Shown: piece after piece, positions 38,240-48,885 of the stretch
Layout: each line of letters starts with the position of its first letter
How positions within the stretch are numbered: the first letter of the stretch is position 1
Assembly: GCA_043803765.1 (NCBI GenBank)
Contig: JAZDJQ010000018.1
Coordinates: 95,795-159,794 of the forward strand
Reading direction: 5' to 3'
From: Candidatus Iainarchaeum sp.
GTDB taxonomy: Archaea; Iainarchaeota; Iainarchaeia; Iainarchaeales; VGJJ01
DNA length: 64,000 nt
The notes under the pieces: generated by a model
What the model was told of the DNA's origin: nothing
Database searches by the model: none
What the model saw: only the letters and a program-made list of their open reading frames with translations
Position numbers and translations under genes: made by a program

Positions 38240-39565
38240 ATGTACCGCACCCATACTTGTGGAGAACTACGAAAAGAGAATGCAGGAAAAGAAACGATTC
38301 TAGAGGGATGGACGGACACATTCAGGGGGACGGGAAAAATAGGCTTTCTATTATTACGAGACAGAACGGGAATCGTGCAAGTATTTTTAAACAAAGAATT
38401 AACATCCCAATTCGCCCACCAATTAAAACCCGAAACCGTAGTAAGGGTAAAAGGAAGAGTGAACGCCCGACCCGAAAATCAAATCAAAAAAGAAATGCCC
38501 ACGGGAGAAATAGAAATAGACGCCTCAACAATAGAAATACTATCCGAAGCGGAAACACCCCTACCAATCGATTTAGCACTCGACAATACTACCACCGCAT
38601 TAGACAAACGCATTGATTATCGTTTTTTGGATGTACGAAGAGAAAAAATAAAATCCATCTTCATCGTGCGAAGCAAAGTGTTCGCACTCACAACAATTTT
38701 TTTTGATGAAGAAGAATTCGTGAACATTCAAACACCCAAGCTTACTGCTGCCGGAGTTGAGAGCGGAGCAGAAGAATTCAAACTACCCTATTTCGGAAAA
38801 ACGGCCTCACTCGCACAAAGCCCGCAAATATACAAACAAATGTTTGTTGTGTCGGGACTGGAAAAAGTGTATTCGATTGAACCCATTTTTAGAGCGGAAA
38901 AATCCCACACAACAAGACACTTAACCGAGTTTACAGGAATCGATTTAGAAATGGGATTCATTGAAAGCGAAGAAGACGTGATGAACGTGGTCGAAAAATA
39001 CTTCCAAACACTATTAACTAGAATTAAAGAAGAATGCAGAGAAGAATTAACAAAACTCAACGTGACAATAGACGTTCCGGGAAAAATTCCGCGCATTACC
39101 ATTCAAGAAGCACGCACCCTACTTGCAAAAAAAGGAAAGATAATACCTGAAGATGACGACTTGGATGCGGAAGGAGAAAAAATGATGGGGGAATATGTAC
39201 GGGAAAAATACCAATGCGACTTTGTTTTCATGCTCAATTATCCATGGAAAAAAAGACCATTCTACCACATGCGACCCAAGAACGAACCAAAAGGAACCAA
39301 ATCATTCGACTTATTGTATAAAGGGGTAGAAATAGGAACAGGAGCACAACGAGAACATCGGCTGCCCATCCTTATCGCCCAAGCACAAGAAAAAGGAATC
39401 AGCATGGAAAAAATGACATTCTACCGTGATATTTTCAGATACGGCTGTCCTCCTCACGGAGGAATAGGATTAGGAGTTGACCGAATCGTAAAACAAATGC
39501 TCAACCTCGAAAACGTAAAAGAAGCCATCCTCCTGCCGAGGGATCCGGAAAGGTTAACCCCCTAA
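38240..39565 (+). CDS. aspS: Aspartate-tRNA ligase (archaeal-type catalytic core)
   Basis: LAQSPQIYKQ, FRAE..HTTRHLTEF, GAQR, PPHGGIGLG, PRDP. Confidence 0.95.
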   Translation: MYRTHTCGELRKENAGKETILEGWTDTFRGTGKIGFLLLRDRTGIVQVFLNKELTSQFAHQLKPETVVRVKGRVNARPENQIKKEMPTGEIEIDASTIEILSEAETPLPIDLALDNTTTALDKRIDYRFLDVRREKIKSIFIVRSKVFALTTIFFDEEEFVNIQTPKLTAAGVESGAEEFKLPYFGKTASLAQSPQIYKQMFVVSGLEKVYSIEPIFRAEKSHTTRHLTEFTGIDLEMGFIESEEDVMNVVEKYFQTLLTRIKEECREELTKLNVTIDVPGKIPRITIQEARTLLAKKGKIIPEDDDLDAEGEKMMGEYVREKYQCDFVFMLNYPWKKRPFYHMRPKNEPKGTKSFDLLYKGVEIGTGAQREHRLPILIAQAQEKGISMEKMTFYRDIFRYGCPPHGGIGLGVDRIVKQMLNLENVKEAILLPRDPERLTP

Positions 39566-39690
39566 ATTAAATTCTCCTAGTTTCTGAGCGGTAAAGTAAA
39601 CGTCACCTATATCTAAATTTGGCTAGATTAACATTGCGATTGTCTGAAGTTCTGTGTAGCAGAATTTTGGGATTTTTTGTAGGGAAATAA

Positions 39691-40101
39691 TTACAAAGGT
39701 TTAGTTCCCAATCCTTCAGCAAATCTTAGCAAATATCCGTCCGGATCTTGAATTAGAAATTCTTTATTTCCAAAAAGTTTATTATCTTGTCTATACCAGT
39801 TCTCTTTTGGTTTGATAAAAATAGGATAACTGTTCTTTTTCAAATTATTCAAAATCGGTTGAATTTTATCAACTTCTATTTGAAAATTAATTCCCCTACC
39901 AAAAGGTTTTTCTAATTTGCCTGTGCTCCAATGATTATTTATTTCTTCAATCATTATCTGACTTCCTTGAAAAGAAATCATAGCAAATTTGGATTCGTCT
40001 CTTTTGTATTCCACTTTGAATCCAATTATTTTAGTGTAAAAATCAAGACTTTTTTCAAAATTGCTTACACTTAATTCAGGAATTAATTTGTTGAATTTCA
40101 T
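39691..40101 (-). CDS. VOC/glyoxalase-bleomycin resistance family protein
   Basis: LIPEL...FY...GRGINFQIE...QDPDGYLLRF. Confidence 0.88.
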   Translation of the reverse strand: MKFNKLIPELSVSNFEKSLDFYTKIIGFKVEYKRDESKFAMISFQGSQIMIEEINNHWSTGKLEKPFGRGINFQIEVDKIQPILNNLKKNSYPIFIKPKENWYRQDNKLFGNKEFLIQDPDGYLLRFAEGLGTKPL

Positions 40102-40209
40102 AATGAGATTGAATAGTTGCTATCATATATAAATTTTGCCGACTTCTTCAAAAAAAATAGGCTTTTCTTGATTTCGCGTAATAGGGGCGAATTTCATTTT
40201 TCAAATCTC

Positions 40210-40773
40210 TTAATAATATTTCTCAATTCCGCCAAATCCTATTTGTTTGTTTTCTTTAGTTTTGGCAATGAAATTGTTAAGCCTCTTTTTGAATTCTTCA
40301 GGACGCTCTCGCGCGTCATCTATATACGCAATGCGTATTCTCTTGTAGGTGTCTAAAAACGCTTTGTAATTTTTCCACACCCTACTATCTTTTTTAATAG
40401 CATCAACAATATCTTTTGGAAATACAAATTTTTCAGCGGCAAATTCTTTTGCTTTCTCGAATTGTGAAGGGTGGAGTAAATTGTTCTCTAAAAGCCATTT
40501 CATTCGCTCTTTGTTTAGTTGAGAATAAGCACTTTTTGGATTCCGTGGAGAAAAACGCTGCATACAATTATCTTCATCAAGAGATTTAACCGTGCTGTCA
40601 ATCCAACCAAAACACAATGCTTGTTCTACTGCGTCATTGTATGAAATTCTTTTTTTGCCAGAGGACTTTTTTGGATAAATCAACCAAATCCCTTTTTCTT
40701 TATCAAAATTCTTCGCCAGCCATTTACGCCAGTCTTTTCTATTTGTTGAGTAGAGTGTTTTAAGTTCGCTCAT
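40210..40773 (-). CDS. YdeI/OmpD-associated family protein
   Basis: WRKWL...AVEQALCFGWIDS...FSPR...S.LNK. Confidence 0.88.
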   Translation of the reverse strand: MSELKTLYSTNRKDWRKWLAKNFDKEKGIWLIYPKKSSGKKRISYNDAVEQALCFGWIDSTVKSLDEDNCMQRFSPRNPKSAYSQLNKERMKWLLENNLLHPSQFEKAKEFAAEKFVFPKDIVDAIKKDSRVWKNYKAFLDTYKRIRIAYIDDARERPEEFKKRLNNFIAKTKENKQIGFGGIEKYY

Positions 40774-40880
40774 GAGTTGAGTGTATTGATTAAAATTTAT
40801 AAACAACCAGTTTTCGGAGCGAAGCGGAGAAAGTCTGCTGTAGCCCGCCTCAAGTTTAATAGAAACCATTAAGCCATGGT

Positions 40881-41135
40881 CTAAATCGAGTCATACACAT
40901 TTTCCCTTTTGCCCACTTTGATGATTAGAATCTCCAATTTTTGTTTCGTAATATCGGCCACAATTCGATAATCTCCTATTCTCATACGACTAAATTCTCT
41001 TCCCGTGAGTTTGAAGAAATAAAGAAAAGGATTGATACGTGTCCTCTCAAGAGCAGTAAGAATACGTTCCTGCACATGGTTTTCAAGTTTATCCAACTGT
41101 TTCTTGGCCGTATCCGAGTATAATAGCTCATACAT
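40881..41135 (-). CDS. relE: RelE/ParE-family toxin
   Basis: AKKQLDKL...RMRIGDYRI...VGKRENVY. Confidence 0.9.
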   Translation of the reverse strand: MYELLYSDTAKKQLDKLENHVQERILTALERTRINPFLYFFKLTGREFSRMRIGDYRIVADITKQKLEILIIKVGKRENVYDSI

Positions 41136-41362
41136 TACAAGCCCAACTTTTTCTTTACTTGCTCATGCGTATAGAATTTCCCTTCCCGATATTCTTTGCG
41201 GGCTTGTTCAATTTCTTTAAGTGTTTCTTCATTAAACATTTTGTGATCTTCAATAAGATCCCAAACGACCCCTTCATAGGTATCACGATCATTGAGCTTG
41301 TATTTGTCCAATTCTTTCTTGAGGGCTTGACTGACTTGAATACTCGTTTTCTTTTCCACCAT
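41135..41362 (-). CDS. Antitoxin partner of RelE
   Basis: TSIQVS...TYEGVVWDLIE...THEQVKKKLGL; TAATG coupling with relE. Confidence 0.8.
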   Translation of the reverse strand: MVEKKTSIQVSQALKKELDKYKLNDRDTYEGVVWDLIEDHKMFNEETLKEIEQARKEYREGKFYTHEQVKKKLGL

Positions 41363-41628
41363 AGAACACTATAACGTGCTATAAATTAAAAAGCTATACC
41401 AAAAAAAGGGAATATTCAACTCCCTATTTTAAACCCGAATGGGACATACTAGTACCTAGATGCGTACCTTATTGAGTATCATGACGGGAATAGCCCCTAT
41501 TGCTTTACTTGTACGCATCAACTCTAATCGCCCCTCATTATCCCCCTTTTAGAGGCATTTTACATTGTCTCTCGAAGGCCTATTTTTTAACTCAAATTAT
41601 CATCAAAAAAAAGGAGCGATCAAAAAAT

Positions 41629-42924
41629 ATGGAACGAAAATGGATTGACGCAGTACTGCACACGAAAACGGACAAAGCACTCCTACGAGGGTGGATTAAA
41701 CGAAAACGAGATTTCAAAGGAACACTCATATGGCTGTTGCGCGATGGGAGCGGAGAAATGCAAGCCGTCCTATCAAAAGACATGATTAAAGATACGAAAG
41801 CATACGAGGAAGCACGAAAAGCACTCATGGAAAGCTCCATTGAAGTGGAAGGCATCATCAAAAGCGAAGAACGCGCCCCGGGAGGAAAAGAATTACACGT
41901 AGAAAAAGTAAAAGTCATTCACGCAGGAGAGGAATTCCCAATAGGAAAAGATTTGAGTGAAGATTTCTTGTTAGATGTACGTCATTTATGGCTGCGTTCT
42001 ACCAAAATGCAGCAAGGAATGAAAGCATCTGCCGTTGTATTTGAAGGATTCCATGACTTTTGCAAAAAAGAAGGATACTTAGAAGTACAATGCCCCATGT
42101 TTGTTTCAGGAGCAGTAGAAGGAGGAAACGAGCTTTTTGACGTGGAATACTTCGGCAAAAAAGTACAATTAACCCAATCATCCCAGTTCTACCTCGAAGT
42201 ATACGCCCACGCACTCGAAAAAGTATACACGATTGCACCATCCTTCCGAGCAGAACCCTCCCGCACGAGGAGACACTTGACAGAATTTTGGCACGCGGAA
42301 TGGGAAACCGCATTCTCACATATCGATGAATTAATGGACTGGGAAGAACGAATGATTAAGCACATCGCAAAATACGTATTGGAAAAAGCACCCGCACAAT
42401 TAGAATACTTCGGGAGAAAAAAAGAAGAACTACAAAAAGTAATCAAAGAAAAATTCCCCCGTTACACGTATGATGAAGTATTCAAAATCGCCCGAAAAAA
42501 ATTCCCAGAACTAAAATGGGGAGACGACTTGCAGGAAGCACACGAAAGAGAAATAACAAAAGATTTTGACGTACCCATTCTGGTACACCACTATCCTGCC
42601 ATACTCAAGCCCTTTTACCACCGACCCGACCCTGAAAGAAAAGAAACCGTTCTCTGCTGCGACATGCTCGCACCCGAAGGATATGGAGAAATAATTGGCT
42701 CAGGAGAACGCTGTTGGACGTATGCCGAAATCATAACAAGAATGAAAGAAGCAAAACTAAAAGAAAAAGACTACCAATGGTACGTGGACTTGCGAAAATA
42801 CGGAAGCGTACCCCACACCGGAGGAGGAGTAGGACTCTCACGATTAACCGTATGGCTATTCAAAATGCAGCACATCCGCGACGCAGTAGGATTCCCAAGA
42901 ACAATGAACAGGGTGGCGCCGTAG
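41629..42924 (+). CDS. asnS: Asparagine-tRNA ligase
   Basis: RHLWLRS, LTQSSQFYLE, RRHLTEFWHAE, GEIIG, YGSVPH; GGAG SD before ATG 41629. Confidence 0.93.
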   Translation: MERKWIDAVLHTKTDKALLRGWIKRKRDFKGTLIWLLRDGSGEMQAVLSKDMIKDTKAYEEARKALMESSIEVEGIIKSEERAPGGKELHVEKVKVIHAGEEFPIGKDLSEDFLLDVRHLWLRSTKMQQGMKASAVVFEGFHDFCKKEGYLEVQCPMFVSGAVEGGNELFDVEYFGKKVQLTQSSQFYLEVYAHALEKVYTIAPSFRAEPSRTRRHLTEFWHAEWETAFSHIDELMDWEERMIKHIAKYVLEKAPAQLEYFGRKKEELQKVIKEKFPRYTYDEVFKIARKKFPELKWGDDLQEAHEREITKDFDVPILVHHYPAILKPFYHRPDPERKETVLCCDMLAPEGYGEIIGSGERCWTYAEIITRMKEAKLKEKDYQWYVDLRKYGSVPHTGGGVGLSRLTVWLFKMQHIRDAVGFPRTMNRVAP

Positions 42925-42990
42925 ACAAAAATAGAACAAAAAACAAGGGGGCCCGAATAAGGATTTTTCCCCTTGACTCCCAATTTCAGA

Positions 42991-45135
42991 CTATTGACAG
43001 TTGCTTCCGTCTCCTGTGGGGGTGCAAGTAGCATCAGTGGTTATGAGAACCTTGTCCACGTACATTTCGGATACCTTGTTAGGGACTCCGACCATATCAC
43101 AGTTCACAGTAAGAATCACATTAGCCGAAGTTCCTGTAATCGGCAGGGTGGAAGAAGCAGGCACCCAAGTAAATGCAACTGGAGTAACGAAAGGAGAATT
43201 AGCGGGAAAAGAATAAGACGGCGTACTTCCACCAAATGAGATGCTCCCTCCACTAGCCCCAGTCCCCGCATTGGCCCCCCTAATCCAAACCTTATATGTT
43301 GTAGGAACGGATGCGGGCGCTTTCAATCCAGTGATAGTGTATGTCGCAGTATTGTTGGCCGCAGTACAAATAGTAGGCCCATTTTTCGCATCTATCACCT
43401 GCTGTGAATTGTAACTTGCAGACTGTAACCCACTCTGCAATGTCCACGTCTCCGGCTCGAATATTAGCGCTTCCTTGCTTGAAGTGGTAGGCGATGAAGA
43501 TGCCCAAAGCGCGCAGTTGGGGTATCCATACGCGCTAACCCCATCCAACTTGTCACAGAACAAAACTGCAGAATAATACGGCTGACTTGGAACCAAACCT
43601 GGTCCCGTCTGGTAATCAATAGATTGGTTCACTACTGTATTCCCAGCAGCGGAACCAGTTTTCGTCTTACCTGCCCCAATAATCGCGGGAATCGAACCCG
43701 CCGTAATCAAACTGGAATCATACACAATCCTATAATCCGTAGTAGAAGGCGAATAAGTGGCCCCCAAATAATTATCCAATGGTTCTGTCCAAGACAAATC
43801 AATCACGCCGCCATTCGTGACTCCGGTTGAAACCGAGGGAGTGGGAAGCGGACCGGGTGCCTCGTCATCAACCAAAAATGTTCCAGTAGGCGTATTAGAA
43901 GCCAGTTGGTATTGTGTGTCGGAAGTTACATCCCCTACGATTCCAAATACTGGAGCGGTTAATGGATTATAGACTAAGAAAAGATTTTTGATAAATGCAT
44001 TTGAAAGATTGCCCACACTCGCACCATTCGATGGAGAAAACGATGGATGGGGAGACGCAACAGGGGAACGCGCCAAAAGCGCATCCACCGGAGGATCGAG
44101 GGCGCCTTTGGAAACTGGGAATGATAATCCATTCACCACTGCAATTCCACTTGTATTTGCTCCGATTCCGCTCGTGAATGAGCTGCCGGTCCATGTGAAC
44201 GTGTATTTGAGATATCCAGGAGTAGAATCCAAACTTGGAGAAGAAACTGCCAATGACGAGAATCCAGCAGGCGCAGAAGGTGTTGCTGTAACCGGAGGAG
44301 ATGAAATGGCACAATTAGGAATAGGAGTGACGCTATCACATGCACGCAGAATGAAACTATATTGGGTTCCATTTGTGAGTCCGGTGATGGGCAAGGGCGA
44401 TGTGGTTGTAGGGATGGTAACCATATTTCCAGTTCCATTACTCGTCGCAGAAAATGATGAAATAGTCCCCGAAGCCGTTGTGGCATACCCAATTTCATAA
44501 ACGATAGGGAGCGTGTCCAGTTCGGTAGCCGAAAACGTAGCATCCACCTGCGCATCCCCAGGGATCACAGAAAACAAAATGCCAGATGGAGGAGTCGTAT
44601 CGCTTCCACCCCCCGTAGTACAAGATGATGTATCAAATGTACACGATGTCACGTTGCAACTCAATGTTCCTCCAGTATAACTGCCAGAAATTGTTGTACA
44701 ATCATTTCCCCCTAAATCCGATCCATCACAGTCCTCCGTTCCCTCTTGAACATTATTTCCACAAAATTCAGAAGGCCCACCTGAACATGATGACGTGTCA
44801 TACGTACAATTTGCATTACAACTTAATGAACCACTCGAATATCCTAGTGAAATACAGTCAGATCCATCTAAATCAGCACTATCACAATACTCAGAGGGTT
44901 GATTTTTTTCACCATCTCCACAAAAAGGGTCAGGATCCCCAAACGCCGCATCTATAACGATGTGTTGTTGGTACGCACCGAGTCCTGCGCTCACTTGGTT
45001 CTCCGTGGCGGGATAAATGCCTTGAAAAACAATCCCCAAAACAATCGTTGCTACGAGGACAGCACCCCCAATCAAAAGCAAGTATTCCAATGCACCTTGA
45101 CCTTTCGAATGATTAGCCGAATGACCTCGCGACAA
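42991..45135 (-). CDS. Large class III signal peptide (pilin-like) surface protein with Cys-rich repeats and FN3-like domains
   Basis: KG|QGALEYLLLIGG; two CG.....E.CD..DL.G.DC repeats; GLTNGTQYSF. Confidence 0.85.
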   Translation of the reverse strand: MSRGHSANHSKGQGALEYLLLIGGAVLVATIVLGIVFQGIYPATENQVSAGLGAYQQHIVIDAAFGDPDPFCGDGEKNQPSEYCDSADLDGSDCISLGYSSGSLSCNANCTYDTSSCSGGPSEFCGNNVQEGTEDCDGSDLGGNDCTTISGSYTGGTLSCNVTSCTFDTSSCTTGGGSDTTPPSGILFSVIPGDAQVDATFSATELDTLPIVYEIGYATTASGTISSFSATSNGTGNMVTIPTTTSPLPITGLTNGTQYSFILRACDSVTPIPNCAISSPPVTATPSAPAGFSSLAVSSPSLDSTPGYLKYTFTWTGSSFTSGIGANTSGIAVVNGLSFPVSKGALDPPVDALLARSPVASPHPSFSPSNGASVGNLSNAFIKNLFLVYNPLTAPVFGIVGDVTSDTQYQLASNTPTGTFLVDDEAPGPLPTPSVSTGVTNGGVIDLSWTEPLDNYLGATYSPSTTDYRIVYDSSLITAGSIPAIIGAGKTKTGSAAGNTVVNQSIDYQTGPGLVPSQPYYSAVLFCDKLDGVSAYGYPNCALWASSSPTTSSKEALIFEPETWTLQSGLQSASYNSQQVIDAKNGPTICTAANNTATYTITGLKAPASVPTTYKVWIRGANAGTGASGGSISFGGSTPSYSFPANSPFVTPVAFTWVPASSTLPITGTSANVILTVNCDMVGVPNKVSEMYVDKVLITTDATCTPTGDGSNCQ

Positions 45136-45405
45136 TGTCTCATCTCCCCATCACGGAAATCATTCCCGCCTATATAAACAAATCCTTTTCTTTTCGAGTC
45201 TTGTTTTACTCTTTGAGGGGCGAACCAAAAATGGTATTAAAACCACTCAATCAAAGAGTAGTTGTGCCAGGTTTAATCGGCCTGTCGACTCTCCTCACAA
45301 AAAGTAATGGACCGGCGGATAAGGGGTTCCGGCCCCCCCTTTTTTTCCCAAGCATTAAAAAGAATCAAGAATATATCATTCAGTATAAAGTGAAGAGGTG
45401 AGGAA

Positions 45406-45798
45406 ATGAAAAGAATACTTGGGCTGTTTATAGTAGGAGTACTGCTCCTGCCATTCGCTTATGCTAATGAGTGGGTTGGAATTCTCACTAATCCCCTTCG
45501 TTTTCTAGCGAATGAAGCATTACAGTTTGATTTTATCACCCGCATTATTGTGTTCTTTTTCTCTCTTGCAGTTGCCATGATTGCCATTGCCGCATGGAAA
45601 CGCAAACCCAATTTTAGGTTGAAATGGGTTGCTCTTGCATTCGGATTGCTTGCATTAAAGTGGCTGTTAAAAGTAATGGATTTGTTTGTAAGCTCGGGAC
45701 AATTCTTCCCCGACCATGCGGAAAATGTGATTGAACTCATCAGTTTAGTATTGATTGCGATTGCCATTTTTTCACCACGGATGGAGAGCAAAGGATAA
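45406..45798 (+). CDS. Small multi-TM membrane protein
   Basis: 3-4 hydrophobic helices; GAGGTGA SD. Confidence 0.75.
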   Translation: MKRILGLFIVGVLLLPFAYANEWVGILTNPLRFLANEALQFDFITRIIVFFFSLAVAMIAIAAWKRKPNFRLKWVALAFGLLALKWLLKVMDLFVSSGQFFPDHAENVIELISLVLIAIAIFSPRMESKG

Positions 45799-45811
45799 CG
45801 GGGTTTTCTCT

Positions 45812-46414
45812 ATGGCGGACGACGCATCATTTGCGAAAGCCCTTGAATTAGACGTACGGAGGAAGATTTACCAAATAATTGAATCGTCCCCCGGACTTCA
45901 TTTTAGGGAAATTCAACGACGAAGCGAATTAGCAGTCGGAAGTTTACAATACCACTTGGATTATTTACAAAAACACCATATTATTCGCACGCAAAAAGAA
46001 GGAAAATTTGTACGGTATTATTCCGTACGCGGACCTACCGTGGATAGCGGGAGCGGAACACAAATAGGACAACAAACCATGGCGTTTTTACGCCATGAAT
46101 CAACAAGAAAAATTATGCTATACTTGTTGAATGTCAAAAGAGCCAACAATGAATCCATTGCCAGAGAAATAGGATTATCTCCCTCCACTACGAGCTGGCA
46201 TTTGGATAAGATGGTGGAAGGAAACGTTATTTTGCGCCAGCGGGAAGGAAGAAAAACATATTTTTCGCTTATCAATCCGGAATCTGCCAAACAATTATTA
46301 GTGAATTTCAAACAAAGCTTCTTTGATATCGCCGTGGATAATTTTGTTTCACTCACGGAAGAATTAGCAGGAGAAAATGATGCACCGAATGATTATTCCC
46401 CTGAAGTGCAATGA
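45812..46414 (+). CDS. Double winged-HTH transcriptional regulator
   Basis: RRKIY.II...PGLHFREI...GSLQYHL and IAREIGLSPSTTSWHL. Confidence 0.88.
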   Translation: MADDASFAKALELDVRRKIYQIIESSPGLHFREIQRRSELAVGSLQYHLDYLQKHHIIRTQKEGKFVRYYSVRGPTVDSGSGTQIGQQTMAFLRHESTRKIMLYLLNVKRANNESIAREIGLSPSTTSWHLDKMVEGNVILRQREGRKTYFSLINPESAKQLLVNFKQSFFDIAVDNFVSLTEELAGENDAPNDYSPEVQ

Positions 46415-46893
46415 GCGGCATCCCCAATTTTCACATTGTTCTTTTCAGCCCAGCCTGCATTGACCTCCAAGACGTATCGTGCTTTATCAGAAGGCGTGTA
46501 GAACGGGCACGAGTCTTCCGCGCAGGGAAGCATGTGCAGAATATCAACTACTCGATATTGGTCATCCAACCAAATTCCATCTAATGGAATGAGCGTGTTT
46601 TTCATCCAGAAAGAATACACATCCAATGAGTCAAAAACGAACAACATTCCAGCGTTTTCATCCAATGAATAACGAAACATCAATCCCCTTTCCTTTTCAT
46701 CTGGAGTCGAGGCGATTTCCAATGAAACACAAGAAGAAAAACAAAGCAAGGAAGGTGAAGAAATAGTTGAAATGATAGGAAGGTGTTCCGTTGACGTTCG
46801 TTCAATTGGGGTAGTAAGAAGAATACCTAAAATAATAAGAGCAATAATAATGAGTAGAACACTTGCCCCTAGGAGAATTATTTTGCGCATCAT
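46393..46893 (-). CDS. DUF192 family protein
   Basis: RGLMFR...GMLFVF...FWMKNTLIPLD...VLEVNAG. Confidence 0.92.
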   Translation of the reverse strand: MMRKIILLGASVLLIIIALIILGILLTTPIERTSTEHLPIISTISSPSLLCFSSCVSLEIASTPDEKERGLMFRYSLDENAGMLFVFDSLDVYSFWMKNTLIPLDGIWLDDQYRVVDILHMLPCAEDSCPFYTPSDKARYVLEVNAGWAEKNNVKIGDAAHCTSGE

Positions 46894-46929
46894 GAATAAT
46901 GAAAAGTTGAAAGGACTAATAAAACCAGA

Positions 46930-48123
46930 CTATTTCCCTGAAATAATCTCAATCACGTCACCGGATTTGAGAACGTGTTCTTTTCCTAACAGCATGCGTG
47001 TTTTCACATCAATGGCCTTAATGAAATGCTTCCCGAAGTCGGTGTGCAGGCGAAAAGCAAAATCAAGTGTAGTGGAATGAGGAGGCATGAGGAAACAATC
47101 CGGGAGAACATTTCCGTCTTTATCTGTTAATCCCTTTGTGCCGCCCGGAAAAATAGCCATATAGTTCAATGCAGAAAAAACCGTTTCGTCTAATACTTTT
47201 TGAACACCCGTTCCATTGAGAGGAATAAGGACTTTTTCCCGAATATAGGACAATGCATGCGATTGTGCCTCGCTCAAACCATTGTGAGACACGAAAGAGG
47301 GGTTTCCCTGCACGTATTCGATAAGCTTATTCTTATCCGCTTTTTTTAGAGTAAGTTCAGCCTCCGAGGAACAAGGAATAATCATAAGATGAGGAAACTC
47401 TTTCCTTAATTTTTCAACATTTTCCAATGCATGAGGAAGGTCGCACTTATTCGCCGCAATCACCATGGGCTTGGAAATAATACGCAGTGAGTGAATGAAG
47501 GAACGCTTATGCGTTTCATTCCATTCACTAAGTTTGGTATCGACCAGTTTTGTTTTATTTAATGCGGCATCCACCTGTTTTTCAGTAATACCTAATCCTG
47601 AAAGTCCTTTTGCAACATTCTCAATCAGTTGTTGCTTTCCCTGCACGATGGAACGAGCAAACTTCCCCCAATTACTCTCAAGAATACCCAGCATCCAAAG
47701 TTCTAACTCTTCTTCCAAGAAACGAACATCCATGCAAGGATTATGAGAACCGCTTTCAACCTGTTCTCCTTTCTCGTTGGTACTACCGCTTGCATCCACC
47801 ACATGAATCAATACATCGGCTTGACGCAAATCATCCAAAAACTTGTTTCCCAATCCCTTTCCTTCATGTGCGCCTGGAACAAGACCTGCCACGTCCAACA
47901 ATTCCACTGGAACAAAACGCACATGATGAATACAAAAGCCCGAGCGGGGATTGCACTGCACACTAAAATGGGAGTCTGCACACGGAACACGGACGAAGCC
48001 TATCCCGCGATTGGGCTCAATCGTAGTGAAAGGATAGGATGCGCGCGCCACATCCACTAATGTCGCGGCAGAAAAAAAAGTGCTTTTTCCCGATGAGGGT
48101 TTTCCAACAATCCCGATAAGCAT
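46930..48123 (-). CDS. Archaeal YchF/Ygr210-like Obg-family GTPase
   Basis: [27 protein letters not shown] domain. Confidence 0.92.
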   Translation of the reverse strand: MLIGIVGKPSSGKSTFFSAATLVDVARASYPFTTIEPNRGIGFVRVPCADSHFSVQCNPRSGFCIHHVRFVPVELLDVAGLVPGAHEGKGLGNKFLDDLRQADVLIHVVDASGSTNEKGEQVESGSHNPCMDVRFLEEELELWMLGILESNWGKFARSIVQGKQQLIENVAKGLSGLGITEKQVDAALNKTKLVDTKLSEWNETHKRSFIHSLRIISKPMVIAANKCDLPHALENVEKLRKEFPHLMIIPCSSEAELTLKKADKNKLIEYVQGNPSFVSHNGLSEAQSHALSYIREKVLIPLNGTGVQKVLDETVFSALNYMAIFPGGTKGLTDKDGNVLPDCFLMPPHSTTLDFAFRLHTDFGKHFIKAIDVKTRMLLGKEHVLKSGDVIEIISGK

Positions 48124-48144
48124 ATCATCATTCCAATCAAGAGA

Positions 48145-48786
48145 TTAAGCAATCCTTAGTTTGTTGAATTCTTTAACGGTTTGGTCGGTTTGGGGAGGGG
48201 TCAATGCCAAATCCAATACAGAAGGGTTAGCCGTAATGGTGCATCCTAATGCAAACGCCTTGGAAACATCCTTGGGCGTACGCAAAGAAGCGGCGAGAAT
48301 ATGAGCATCCAATTCATGCGCTTCAAACGCCGCGATCATCTCTTCTATTTCCCCCCATGGATCCAATTTGGCTTCCTGCATGCGCCCCACATAGGGAGCA
48401 ATGTAGTGGCCTCCTGCAAATGCGGAAAGAATGCCCTGCGCGGCTGAAAAAACAGCTGTAAAACAAAGCTCCATTTTATCATGATTAAGAGTAGGAGCAA
48501 TGGAAAAACCATTCCGGTCAGCTGGAATCTTAATAATAGCATGAGGAAGCATTTCATGAATCGTACGAGCATCCTCTAATAACTCGTCAGGTGTTTCCCC
48601 CACGGCTTGAACGAAAAGGATTTGTTCCTTATTGAGCAAATTAGACAAACGTTGAAGGTGACCAAAACGGTCTTTCACACGCAACTTGGAAAGAAGTAAT
48701 GGATTAGTTGTAATGCCCCTAACAAAAGGCTTTTTCAACCAGCGCTCGGCCTCCAAAAGGTTCGCCGTATCCACAAAGATGGTCAT
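48145..48786 (-). CDS. Transaldolase / fructose-6-phosphate aldolase family protein
   Basis: IFVDTAN, GITTNP, IKIP, YIAPYVGR, LAASLR. Confidence 0.9.
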   Translation of the reverse strand: MTIFVDTANLLEAERWLKKPFVRGITTNPLLLSKLRVKDRFGHLQRLSNLLNKEQILFVQAVGETPDELLEDARTIHEMLPHAIIKIPADRNGFSIAPTLNHDKMELCFTAVFSAAQGILSAFAGGHYIAPYVGRMQEAKLDPWGEIEEMIAAFEAHELDAHILAASLRTPKDVSKAFALGCTITANPSVLDLALTPPQTDQTVKEFNKLRIA

Positions 48787-48885
48787 ATAAAAAAGAAAGT
48801 GTCTCGCAAGGGTTTTTAACTAATGGCTTTTGAGAGAAGGATGTTCCTACGTGATTATTTTTAAAAAAAAACAGGCAAATCAAAC

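Noticed and set aside
41459-41519. Inverted repeat GATGCGTAC/GTACGCATC upstream of asnS
   Set aside because: 9-bp arms 43 bp apart with no second copy; chance cannot be excluded.
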